A stretch of 59,621 nt of DNA, filler included, from Basidioascus undulatus (Eukaryota), in assembly GCA_000826855.1 (NCBI GenBank). It is 7 parts of 7 records of this genome, joined end to end, with 100 filler letters (N's around TTAATTAATTAA, not from the genome) between each part and the next. Parts side by side here need not be neighbours in the genome. Positions count along the whole stretch, not along the records: positions 16,691 to 42,962 come from JTLS01000193.1; positions 43,063 to 48,517 come from JTLS01001930.1; positions 48,618 to 54,069 come from JTLS01001931.1; 4 more parts are not named here. One strand, written 5' to 3'. Of the stretch, positions 37,615 through 49,221 are shown piece after piece. Under the pieces are notes generated by a model that was given only the letters and a program-made list of their open reading frames with translations, was not told the DNA's origin and searched no databases. The position numbers and the translations under genes were made by a program. Each line of letters begins with the position of its first letter. Position 1 is the stretch's first letter.

Positions 37615-39849
37615 GTTGAACTGGCGATGATAGGTGCAGGTGGAAGAAGTGAAACGGAAACTTTGGGCCTCTTAAGCTGTGGGTGATGGGGAGGATATGC
37701 TGGGTGAAGGACGAACGTTGAGTGAAGCGGTGAAAGGGAGCGAGCGAAGCAGACAAAGGAAGCCCAAGTGCAAAGGCAGAGCGATCTGTCACACTTGGCC
37801 TCCTGCGTCTTCTCTGACATCGCTTGCCCTTTGATCACCCGGGAGCCATATTTCCATCAGGTACATAGCATATGCTTGAGAGTAGGTTGATGTGTGTCGA
37901 CTTTCGTGTCGAAGGCAGCCGGTCTGTGCGCGTCAGCAGGCTATGGCACCGAAAGCCGACGCTGTATAACCAGGTTGTTCAACCGCCCTGGTTCTTTGTT
38001 CGGAAGTCAGGAGTGAGGCTTAGATGCTGAGGTTCTTGAGAATCTAGTGTCAAAAGAAGTGTATCCATGTGCCCTAGAACGAGTGAGTCTGTGAACCGCA
38101 TCACCTTCCAGAGTCACCTATCATGATGAGCAGTGCCGGCACCTAATAAGGGTACAAAACTGTCGAAGTGTCGCTCGCAGTCAGATTTGAGCGGCGGACG
38201 TTGCACTTCAACCACTGGCGCTATTTCAGCGGCATCAGACGTTTTATCTTCATCAGTCTTCGAAACTGTACAATTGGGCTCGACGACAGACATGGAGGTC
38301 GCGAGTAGGTTGTGAAGCAGCTTCAACTGAAAGCGTCGAGCCGCACTAGGCTTTGATGGTCGTCCTTTATTAGGAAACTGTCATTAGTCCCTTGAAAGAG
38401 AAGTTTTGAAATGCATCAGAGCACCGTAGCCACTCAATATAGAAGAGCATTGGGAATAACGAATGTAGAAACTGATGAACGAAGTCCGGGGAGACAGCGG
38501 GGTCGACGCCGTATTTGGTATGTGGCTGTCGGTTAGTTCCCAACTTCAGACCCAAAAAATAAACAGACAAAAACCTGAAGAATCGTGTAGGTGCGTGGTA
38601 TGCACGTTGCGGGTCAGCGCAGTCGAGGAAAGTACCCCGCAGCGAGTCGACCCAATGCAGGTCTGTTACAGTGGAGCACCGCTGTGCAAGAGTTTTTTTG
38701 GTTCTTTTACCCAACTCTGCCATCCAGTCGCACGAGGACGATGGCTCCACCTCGACCGAACCTACCTCGTTATCTGCTGGACCTTGCGCGTTTCTCGCCC
38801 TGAAGAGCCGGGGTGCATCGGTACTCAACAGTTCGGCCGCTGACCCCGCCATGGATTACACGCTTCCTGCGAGGTGGTCCAGAGACCCTTAGTTAGTGCC
38901 CCTCAAAGCCAAAAGTCGTACAAACGACTGACCCGTATGTTGCCGGGTTCATTGCAGAATCTACCGGCTTGAGAGGCGGGCAATCTTCAGCCGTTGCTGG
39001 ATCGTCGCAAGCATTCCTCGAGGCTGAAGAAGGCCGGCGACTACATCTCGCTCGAAATTGCGGGTTCTCGTACTTCATAATCAAAGACCGGGGCGGGAAC
39101 ATCGTAAGGTCTACGTGTCTCTCTATCATTGACGACAATTTCACGCTAAATTCCATCACAGAACGCCTTTCACAACGTCTGCAGGCACCTTGCTTTCCCG
39201 CTCGTCCACCAGCCAACGGGCTTATTGACGGTGGTTAGTAAGAATAAGTCAGATTGACGTATTGTTCAGTTTGCATTCTTAGAGCTACTCTCTCCCCAGT
39301 AAGTACCACAATCGGTCGTACTTCGCCAAAGGCGACCTCGTCAAGGCGCCCAAGTTCGACAAAGTGGTTTCCACAAGTCTGAAAATGGACTGTTCAACAT
39401 TAACACGTACGTCTCGACATCCATCCAAATTTACATGGACTTCTGCTCATCTAATTGGAGTATAATGGCACGTCAACACGCAGGGGGGACCTTTACCGTT
39501 CGAAGAGCGTTTCGGGCAGCTCAGTGCCGAGTGGGACACGTACCCTCAACGACTATGAATACGTATATATCACGTAAGTATTCCTTGTGTTCATCAACAC
39601 AGGTTATTGTCCGAGCTTCTTTCTCTGACAGTGCGGTTGATGCGCCTTACCATCAGTCCCAACTTCTCAAGACTCTTATCGATGGCTACGAGGTAGGTAG
39701 CATTTGACGGTCTGCTACACCCATAGCAAGAAAAGGGTGTCGTTGCGTCCCCATTCCACCCTTTCCAACTTTCACCACTGTCCCACCCCAACACGACGTT
39801 ATCTCCCTTTTTACCTCCAAAGATCTACTGCCAAAGCCGCTTCAAAGAC

Positions 39850-42000
39850 TACGTCCTGCGCCACATCGAATCGGAAGAGAAAGCCGGGCACGAGATCAAC
39901 CCGGCCGTGCCGCTGTCGCAGAAGGGCGCGGAGGAGGGCGGGCAGTGCCCGGCGTGATGAGGTGTGCGAACGGATGGGGCGGAGATGGATTGGTAGGGGA
40001 GCTTGTAGGGGCGTGGGGAGGAGGGCGAGGTTGTTCTGTGCTTGCTGGGTTCAGTTTTTGCGCGTTGGTTGGTCGACTTCCGCACTCCGCTCGTGGTCTA
40101 TCAATCGAGGCTGCGTTCGAGCATTCGGCTTTCATACTCCAGTCCAGGATGAAAGCGGGGAAGTTAAACCGAGTGCCTTGCAGTGAGGGAACAGCGATTG
40201 GGATGATAGCGAGAGAGTCCATGAGTCGACGCCAGGTTCGACTCCCCCCCCCCTCTCAGAAAGAAAAGGACCCCCGACTGCAAAAGAAGCGGTAAGTGCG
40301 GCTTCTGGGAGCAAGCGAGAGAGCAGAGAACACCCAAGATCCAAAAACAGTTCGCTGCAGCTTGCTGCAGGCAAGCGACCCTAGCTTCAACTGCGCTGAC
40401 CAACTCTCTCGCGTGCGCTACCTGTACTGCAATCAACAGCAAGAAGTGAGGAGAAACCGACATCCGACCAACCAATCCCCCAATCAACCGAGTCCGTCCC
40501 CCGCGCAGCCTCAAACCGCCCCGCCCTCCAGCCGTATATCTGGCGCAGCCGCTCGCCGAGGATCTCGAGCTCCACCTCCGAGAACGTGCAGCGGTCGTGC
40601 GGCCCCGGCGGGTCGAGCCGCACGCCGGACCCTTCGTAGAAGGTCGGCCGGAAGCGGAGGGCGCGGAACTCCTGTGGGAAGGGAGGAGGTCAGTGGGGGA
40701 GGGAGGTGAATGGGTTGGGTGGAGGGGGTGGGGAGGAGGAGTTGGGATGAGCGGATACGCACTCCCGCGACTTCAGGCCATTTCAGCGCGCCCTTGGGCG
40801 GGTCTCCGCCGTCCGCGGGCGTCCAGAGCAGTCTTCTGAAGACCTTCGCGACTTTGCAGGGGAGGGGATAGGTGGGGTGTTCGCTCTCTCCCAGCCAAGT
40901 TCAGTGTGGCTCCCCCACGTCCCTTCCGCCCAGATAAAAAGTCCGCATCGGCGGTTTCCCGCCCCATCAACAAACACCCGTTCGATCGCGCGCACGATGC
41001 TCGCGAGCTGCTCGCGCGTCATCAGGCCTTCCAGCGGGACAGGGTTGAGGTGCGCAAGTCTCGCGCCCCAGGAGCGTCACGCGCTGGCTGATGTCCGTCG
41101 ATGCGATCTGGCGCACGTTGCCGAGCTTCCCGGCGCGGTTGTAGGCGTGCAGGATTGAGGCCCAGCTGTCGCTGATGCTGGGGGGTGGGGGGAGGAGCGC
41201 CCGCAACGAGGAGGCGAAGCGCCAGGTTGCGGAGAGCTCGGAGACGGCATCTTGCGCGCGCTGGCCGAAGGGGGACAGCTGCGAGGCAGTGAAGGCGGAC
41301 TGCTGGAGCGCGAACTCCTCAAGCAGGGGGGTCAGGTCGGTCCCGGGCGGGGTGCCGCTAGCGCGGCGACGGCGCGATCGAAGGGGTCGGTGATCAGTCT
41401 GCCTTTGGGCCCGTACTTGGGCCGGAAGGCGATGTTACGCCTTCCCCAGGGGCTCGATTCCTCTTGGTTTTCCCCGGTAAGCGTTCCTCTCAGCGGATGG
41501 GGCTTTTGAGATGAGGGAACTCACCCCTGACTTCATGATGTACCGATGCATATGAGGCGAGTGCCTGTCATCGCGCTAGCCACAGGGGACTTGCACCTCT
41601 GCAACGTCTGGTCCGCATCCGCCATCAAGCGAGCATACCCCAGCTCCGCATCCCCCTGCGACAGGTCCCGCGCCGACAGCTGCCGCCCGCCAGCGCCAGC
41701 GCCTGGTCCGCGATGTCCACCCAGTCGGACGCGACGACGAAGGCATGGTAGAACGTGTTCAGGACGATGTGCTGCAGGAGCGGCGCGTCGTGCAGGATTT
41801 GCTGGGGAGTAGGGAAGATGCCGGAAGAAGCGTCCGGGATGGTCTTGTTTCGCACGGCGAGCTGGTGCTGGAGGTCGGCGTGAAAATACTCGGGCGAGGT
41901 GAGAGTGCGTGCAGACGAGAGGGCAAGGTCCCGCTGGGAAATGGCTGTTCGGGCCGCGTCGGAGGGAGCGTCCGCAACGAGGGCAGTGCTGGCTGAGGGC
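39850..42000 (-). CDS. Hypothetical multi-exon protein
   Basis: GC-rich coding-like blocks (ILHDAPLLQHIVLNTFYHAF; ILHAYNRAGKLGNVRQI; CTFSEVELEILGERLRQIYGW) separated by GT-AG introns. No family recognised; ends approximate. Confidence 0.45.
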
Positions 42001-42679
42001 GTGGTGTGGGGTGGGATCGATGGGTCCGTTAGAGAGGCAAGGAAGGAGGTTTGAATGATGAAGAGGGTGGATGCGGAGAAGGGAGGAAAGAAGCGTGCTA
42101 ATCGCTGATCGCAGATGTATCGGGCTCTCGTTTAGTCATGGTGTTCCTCTGCCATGCTTCATTTCCTCACGGTCTTGTTTCCAAGTGAGTGACAGAGGAA
42201 AATATCAATCTGCTTAGCTGAAAGCCGTGGTGAAAATGACGACAGTCCAGGCCACGTTGTACCGGTCTCGTCAAGCGAGACTGCCAGCAGGCCGGGAGTT
42301 GTCTTGATCTCGAATCTCAGTCAAGTTGTTCACCGCCATGCACCACCGATCCAAGAAAGATACACGATGCATACACATGCTGAGCTCCCCTCAACCAATC
42401 CCTACGGAACGCGGCTCTCCAATTCTTGTTTGCTGCTCTTCCATCGCACACCGAACGCGCCTTGGGGGGCTGCCGTTTTACGCATCAGGCACCGCACTGC
42501 GTGCTCGGCCTCGCGACCCGCGTGGATCATCTTGCGTCTCTTTCTTACCTCTTCATTATCAACATCGACCATCCGACCAAGATGGGCTGGTCTACAGCCT
42601 TAGAATCGTATCACAGGTGCGCTCCTCTCATCCCAACCGCTATTCGCACCCGTGTGGCATCTTACACCATTGAAATCCA

Positions 42680-42962
42680 GAGCGTTCTCCATTTCGCTCT
42701 TAATCCTCCCGGCGCTCTCGCTCGCGCATCTCTTGATCACCGCCCTAGCAGCGTACCTCCGCGCCCGCCGCCCACCGCCGCAGCTCCCGACCGCGCAGGA
42801 CATCCCCGCGGAGACGGCGGAGGACAAGAGCGCGGCGCTCCTGCTGGATGCGGAGAACGACGTGCTCAGGGAGGAGGTGCGTGGACTGGTCGAGGTGGGA
42901 GAGGAGACGGGCGGGAAGAGGGGGGGGAGGGACGGTGGGAAAACGGAAGGGAGGGGAAAGGG
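42680..42962 (+). CDS. N-terminal part of a membrane protein (contig-truncated)
   Basis: Hydrophobic FSISLLILPALSLAHLLITALAAYL followed by a charged segment. Confidence 0.35.
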
Positions 42963-43062
42963 NNNNNNNNNNNNNNNNNNNNNNNNNNNNNNNNNNNNNN
43001 NNNNNNTTAATTAATTAANNNNNNNNNNNNNNNNNNNNNNNNNNNNNNNNNNNNNNNNNNNN
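42963..43062. other. Artificial contig linker
   Basis: N44-TTAATTAATTAA-N44. Confidence 0.98.
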
Positions 43063-43543
43063 CCCCGAGGAGGCCCACCTTCATTTCACCGTCTTCCGCC
43101 GTTTGCAGCGCCTTTCGAAGCGGTTGCGCTGTCCGAACCTTCAAGTGGGGTTGAGGCAGAAACTAGGGCAGCCTGCCGCCGGCGGTACCCCTGAACACGA
43201 GGGTTTGGGGGCCGGCGGTATACCCCTGACAGGGATTATCAAGATATTCCACACTTTGCAGATCCTTTCCCTTCTGTTTTACTGTGAATTGGGAGGGTAA
43301 AGGACGTTGAAGGAGGTTCTGAGCGAACCGAGGGCTGAGCCCACATGGTATTCACGGGGGTCCTCGTGAGCCGGCGGTTCGCAAGCCCTGCTGATCATTG
43401 CCACACTCTCGGCAACCATCGGCAATTGAACGCCCGCGCTCGCAGTGATGAAGGCAGGCCAGGCCCCCCGATCGACTTCCCTCTTCCTAGTTTCGTTCGC
43501 ATCCCCACCCACACTATCACATACAAAATCACCCAATACCCCT

Positions 43544-46500
43544 ATGTCCAAGGATCAGGAGACCGTAGCGGTTGTCGGGGAGGGCGACGATGCGGAGCGC
43601 ACGGCCAAGGTAAGCCGGGGATGCGCACATGGATCCGGAGCTCCGACTGAGGCCGAGGGTCCCCTTGCAGGCGCTCGCTGCTGCCGGGATCCCTGTGAGC
43701 AGGTCCGAGAAGGCAGAGGGAGAGGTGGTTGTGCTCGCTGTTGGGGTAAGCGAAACCGTGAGCTGTATTCCCTGCAGGTCATTGACTTCCGCTCGCTTTG
43801 AACAACCGGCAGCCCGAAGCGGTGCAAGCAGCCGTGTCGTCTTCCAGTCAGTGTCCTCTCTCAAAGTCTTCTTGAGGGTTAGACTGACGTTCATCTCCTC
43901 GCCAAGTTGTTTCCTCCGCGCTTATCATCCTCGCCGACCTTGCTCCGTCTGCTGTCAAAGCCGTTGAGAAGGCTGCGCCTAACGTTCCAGTGCGTTGTTT
44001 CCCTCGAAGCGTTTAACAACCTCCCTGATCTAACAACTGCACTTCCAGCTCGTCCATGCTGTCCCCCTCTTCGCGTCCCGCACCTTGATCGTCTCCGGAA
44101 CCTCTCCGGCCGCCGTTCAAGCGGCCCAGCCCGTGCTCGCCGCGCTGGGCGAGCCGGTCACCTTCAGCGACGAGGAGGGCCTGCTCTCGCAGGCGAGCGA
44201 GGTCAAGCTAGTCGATGAGCTGTTGAGGGGTGTGCACGTCGCGTCGGCTGCGTACATCCCTCGTCTCCCTTTTCAACCGGTCCTGGATACTGACAGCTTT
44301 GTGGCTTTCAGGGAGGCGCTCGCGCTCGGCAAGAAGGCGGGCCTGAGCGGAAGGACGCTTTACAAGGTCATTACTGGTGCTGCGGGTAACAGCTGGTGCG
44401 TATTGCTTTTGCTAGCTCTTGACCTGCTTCTCATGCACGTCATTAAAGGGCTTTCGAACACCTCGTCCCCAAGATGCTGGACGGCGACTTCACCCCTTCT
44501 CATCCGCTTCAATCAACGCTCTCTTCTCTCGTGAGTCAGTTACTGCCCACTTTGGAATATCCACCACTAACCCCTCCTCAGAACACCGTCATTACGCAAG
44601 CCCGCAGCGTGACCTTCAACGCGCCTCTCACCGCTCTGTCCAAGCAACTCCTCGTGGCAGCCGTCGGCGCTGGGCTCGGCTCGGACGACGAAGCGGGCCT
44701 GATCAGGCTTTGGGAGCGCTTCGGGTCCTCTGATGCGTCCGAGGCGCCCGGCACGCCTGAGAAGTCGCAGGCCGAGTCGAGCCCGCTCCCGAAGAAGGTC
44801 AGCTTCATCGGACTGGGCGCGATGGGGCTGGGGATGGCTACTGGTGCGTTGAGAAGCTCTGCAATGGTAGCCCTGTTGATGTTTGCTGACTGCTGAGCCA
44901 TCCCTCGCAGCGCTGGTCAAGCAGGGGGTGAACGTTGTCGGGTACGACATCTGGGAGGGCTCTGCGCAGAAGTTCCGCGCTGCAGGCGGCCAGACTGTGC
45001 CCTCGCCTGCCGAGGCAGCCAAAGACGCCGACGTCCTGATCTTGATGGTCGTCTCCGCTGCCCAAGCCGAGGACGTCCTCTTTTCCAAGGGCGTCGCCGC
45101 CGGTCCGTCCCGCCTCCCTTGCGGCACATGTCTTCCTTCCCCGAAACTGACCGGACTTTCATTCCCATATGCAGCTCTCCCCGACGGCGCCTCCGTCATT
45201 CTGTCCTCCACCGTCCCCCCTTCCGCCGCCCTCGCGCTTGACAAGCGCATGGACCGCGGGATCTCGCTCGTCGACGCTCCCGTTTCGGGCGGCACGAAGC
45301 GCGCGGCGGACGGCGATCTTACTATCATGGCGTCCGGCTCTGACGCCGGTGTTGCGAAGGCTCTGGCTGTCCTCAAGGGGCTCACGGGCGCTGCGGGCAA
45401 TGCGCACAACCTGCACATCATCCCCGGCGGCGTGAGCAAGGGCTCGGCTGTCAAGCTCGTCAACCAGCATCTGGCCGGTACGCTATCTTTTGCAGACCCG
45501 ATTGGGAGGTTGGAGATACGTCTAGCTGACTCTGCCACCGGTGGTCCTCTCGCACAGGCGTGCACATCGCCGCTGCGGCCGAGGGTATGGCGTTCGGTGC
45601 GAAGCTCGGACTCGACACCCGCAAGCTTTACGGTATCCTCTCGACCTCGTCCGGCGCGAGCTGGATGTTCGGCAACCGCGTCCTGAACATGCTCAACGAC
45701 GATCGGTAAGCAAACACATAGGTTGCTGCAACCTCAACGGCTCTCGGTAACTTACAGGCATGGGGCGCCACCACAGTTACCCGAAGTCGGCGGTCAACAT
45801 CTTCGTCAAGGATCTCGGCATTGTCTCTGACGAAGCTGGCGAGCTCGGCATTCCCGTCTTCATCGCGGCTGCGGCGCATCAGCAGTTCTTGTTCGCGTCC
45901 GCTGCAGGGTGGGGTCAGACCGACGACTCGGGGTGCGTTTTCTGCGAGGTCCTCTTGTCTTTTTAGTGCGCATGCTGACGAGTCCTCTGCTTGCAGTGTC
46001 GTCCGCCTTTGGAACCTCGCCAGAATCTCTGTCGTCCGCGAGGCCCCGCGATCGCTGAAGGAGGTCACCGCGAGCCTGCCACCGCCGTACGCAGACGACG
46101 CCAAGGCTGTCGTCACGAAGCAGCTCGAGTCCGGCACCCTTCCTGTTCTGGTTGTTCTCGATGACGACGTGCGTTCCAATTCGTTCAGCTGTATCAAGCC
46201 GTTGGTGCTCCGAAACATTGCTGACGCAGTGTACCTTTCCAGCCCACTGGCACGCAGACTGTGCACGACATTAACGTCCTCGCCCGCTGGGACGTCGACA
46301 CCCTCACTTCCGAGTTCGGCAAGAAGGCGCCGGGCTTCTTCATCCTCACCAATTCGCGTGCGCTTCCCAACCAAGAGGTCCGCATCTTCTCCCTTGAAGC
46401 TTCGAGTGCATAGACGACATGCTGCTGACAATCGATCGCAACGCAACTGTAGGCGCGCAAGCTGATCAAGGAGATCGTTTCGAATGTCAAGACCGCCGCC

Positions 46501-47971
46501 GCCAAGTCCGGCGTCACGTTCGAGATCGTGCTCCGCGGCGATTCCACCCTGCGTGGCCACTTCCCCGAAGAGCCGGATGTCACGGAGTCTGTCATCGGCG
46601 GCACGTCGGCGTGGATCCTCACGCCGTTCTTCCAGCAGGGCGGCCGTCTGACGGTGGACGACATTGTGAGTTCCGTGCAGGATCAATGGAGTCTTACGGC
46701 GCATGGCGCCATGGCTCACAGGTGACTTGCCGCGTCCGTTTCAGCACTACGTCGCGAACGGCGACACGCTCGTGCCCGCCGGCCAGACCGAGTTTGCCAA
46801 GGACGCGTCGTTCGGGTACCGCTCAAGCAACCTCAAAGACTGGGTCGTCGAGAAGTCCAAAGGTCGCTTCAGGCGCGAGGACGTCTACTCCGTCTCGCTC
46901 ACGGACCTGCGCACCGGCGGTCCTGAAAAGGTCGCTAGCATCATTTCCGAGATCCCCACGCGCAGTGTCCTGGTCGTACGCGCCGTTTATTTTCTTTTCA
47001 CTTTTTTGAAACTATTGACTGACGCCGGTTTTGAATTCGGTGAAGGTGAACGCACTGGTCGAGCGGGACATGGACGTGTTCGTCGCCGGTCTCGTGCTCA
47101 GCCAGCGCCAGACCGGGCACAAGTATCTCTTCCGCACCGCCGCCGCCTTCGTATCGTCCCGTCTCGCCATTATACCCAAGCCGCCGCTGTCTGCCGCCGA
47201 GCTCGGCTTGACCCGCTCTGAGAACAGCCACGGTGGTCTCATCGTCGGTATGCACATTGTCTTTCACCTATGCCCTGCTCATTAGGTCGGTGAATGCTTA
47301 CCATCGTTCGTGTACACAGTCGGCTCCTATGTCCCCAAGTCCACCGCCCAGCTCAATTCGCTCCTCTCTCAGCGGAAGGGCAAGCTCGCGGTGCTCGAGC
47401 TCTCGATCCCCGAGCTACTCGAGTCGGATGAGTCTTTCAACGCTTTGGTCGAGCGTTCGGTCCGCGCTGCCGATGAGGCGATCCGCGCTGGCACCGACGC
47501 GCTGGTCTTTTCTGAGCGGAAGCTGGTCAAGGGCCCGGACGCCGAGTCGAGCTTGCGCATCAACGAGCGGGTCGCCCGGGCGTTGGTTCTCATCGCCCGG
47601 GGCATCCCGACCCGGCCGCGGTTCTTTATCGCGAAGGGCGGAATCACGTCGAGGTGAGTTTTTCGTCGCGTAAGCTTTGAGTTGAATGCTGCTGATGTCT
47701 TTGATGTCTTCTTCTCTAGCGATGGCGCCACGAAGTCGCTTGGGCTGCGGTATGCGAAGGTCCTCGGGCAGGCGGCGCCGGGCATTCCGCTGTGGTCCGC
47801 CGAGGACCCGGAGTCTTTGCACCCTGGCAGTAAGTCCTTACAACTTCCCACAGCGTCGAGACTGCAACTCACACCGGGCGATTTGCAGTTCCTTACGTCG
47901 TCTTCCCCGGAAACGTCGGGACTGTCGAAGGACTCGGCGAGCTTGTCGCTGCCTACAGCAACACCCCTTGA
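43544..47971 (+). CDS. Fusion of two beta-hydroxyacid dehydrogenase domains and a four-carbon acid-sugar kinase (DUF1537)
   Basis: Second dehydrogenase: VSFIGLGAMGLGMA, VDAPVSGG, VKLVNQHLAG, SWMFGNR, SAVNIFVKDLGIV. Kinase: VLDDD|PTGTQT, LRGDSTLRGH, IAKGGITS|SD, PYVVFPGNVG. TGA at 47969-47971; many introns. Confidence 0.92.
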
Positions 47972-48441
47972 TATCGCAACGTTGACGCTTATGCCTTTGA
48001 TGCCCTTGATTATATTTGTACTTTCCGATCTGAATTTGATGATTTGACGCACTCATGCTCACTATTTGCCCTCGCTTGCGTTCGGCATCGCCTGCAAGGT
48101 TGCGTCGCCGAGCAATTTAGGAAAGTCCCTTGTTTCGGTCACCATGTCAGTTTTTCGGATGCGGGTTTCTTTCCAGAAGATCAAATTACCGGGCGTGATC
48201 CGTTCAAGTTCGGTTTGAAAGGCCGGAAGATTGGTTATCTGCCTTCATAGTGACGTTGGGCACCAGATTCCTGGGGCGGGGAGATCGAGCGCCTGAATAC
48301 ATGAATCTGGTCAGAACGCTTTCCTGTATCTGTATTTTGACTGGAAATACACTGGCGTAAAGCCGGCAAAAAGGCATGATGAGCGCAAGCCCTCGTAACT
48401 CGTACCGCAATCTAATCTAGCACGATCAAGTTGCAAAAGGA

Positions 48442-48513
48442 AGGTCGGACTGGGAATCGAACCCAGATCCTTGGAATCAGAATCCAATGTACTAACCGTT
48501 ATACTATCCAACC
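48442..48513 (-). tRNA. tRNA-Gln(CTG)
   Basis: GGTTGGATAGTATAACGGTTAGTACATTGGATTCTGATTCCAAGGATCTGGGTTCGATTCCCAGTCCGACCT folds as a 72-nt cloverleaf with a downstream T-run. Confidence 0.95.
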
Positions 48514-48517
48514 TGTT

Positions 48518-48617
48518 NNNNNNNNNNNNNNNNNNNNNNNNNNNNNNNNNNNNNNNNNNNNTTAATTAATTAANNNNNNNNNNNNNNNNNNNNNNNNNNN
48601 NNNNNNNNNNNNNNNNN
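48518..48617. other. Artificial contig linker
   Basis: N44-TTAATTAATTAA-N44. Confidence 0.98.
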
Positions 48618-49221
48618 ATGCCTTGTCAGAAGCTTTCCGCGTTGCAGGTTTGCGAGTAGGTGACAGTCTCATTACCTCGTCCCTCTTCCCCTTCTTCTTG
48701 TCGTCCTTCTTGTCGTCCTTCTTGTCGTCCTTCCTGTCGTCCTTCCTGTTGTCCTTCTTCTTTTCGTCATCCTTCTTGTCGTCATCCTTCTTCTGTAGGT
48801 GACCAGTGATGCCTTGTCAGAAGCTTTCCGCGTTGCAGGTTTGCGAGTAGGTGACAGTCTCATTACCTCGTCCCTCTTCCCCTTCTTCTTGTCATCCTTC
48901 TTGTCGTCCTTCTTGTAATCCTTTTTCTTTCCGTCCTTCTTGTCGTCCTTCCTCTTGTCGTCCCCCTTCTTTTTGTCATCATCCTTCTTGTAGTCGTCCT
49001 TCTGCTTTCAGACCGCAATCAGCGTTGCTTTACCTAGACCTGCCGAATTCTAAACCGGAACGAACTTTCTTGTCGTCCCCGTTCCACTGGCGCCTGCCCA
49101 GCTCGCCGGCATCGCGGCGGCTCATCATGGCGTAGCCGGACACACCGCCGACGGCAGGCGCAGCGGCAGCCATGGCGGTAGCGGAGAGGGCGACGACGGC
49201 GAGGAGGGAGGTGGTGCGCAT
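48618..49221 (-). CDS. Secreted Lys/Asp-rich repeat precursor (KEP-like), 3'-truncated
   Basis: Signal peptide MRTTSLLAVVALSATAMA and a pro-region ending LGRR|QWNGDDKK. Exon 2 is KDDYKKDDD...KKKGKRDE and exon 3 is KKDDD...KKKGKRDE, separated by identical phase-0 introns. Confidence 0.85.

Noticed and set aside
38114..39400. Possible gene or transposon remnant on the minus strand
   Set aside because: Fragmented frames with no recognisable motif.
43544..49221. Cluster linking the fusion enzyme, tRNA-Gln and the secreted repeat protein
   Set aside because: A linker at 48518-48617 separates the repeat protein from the other two.
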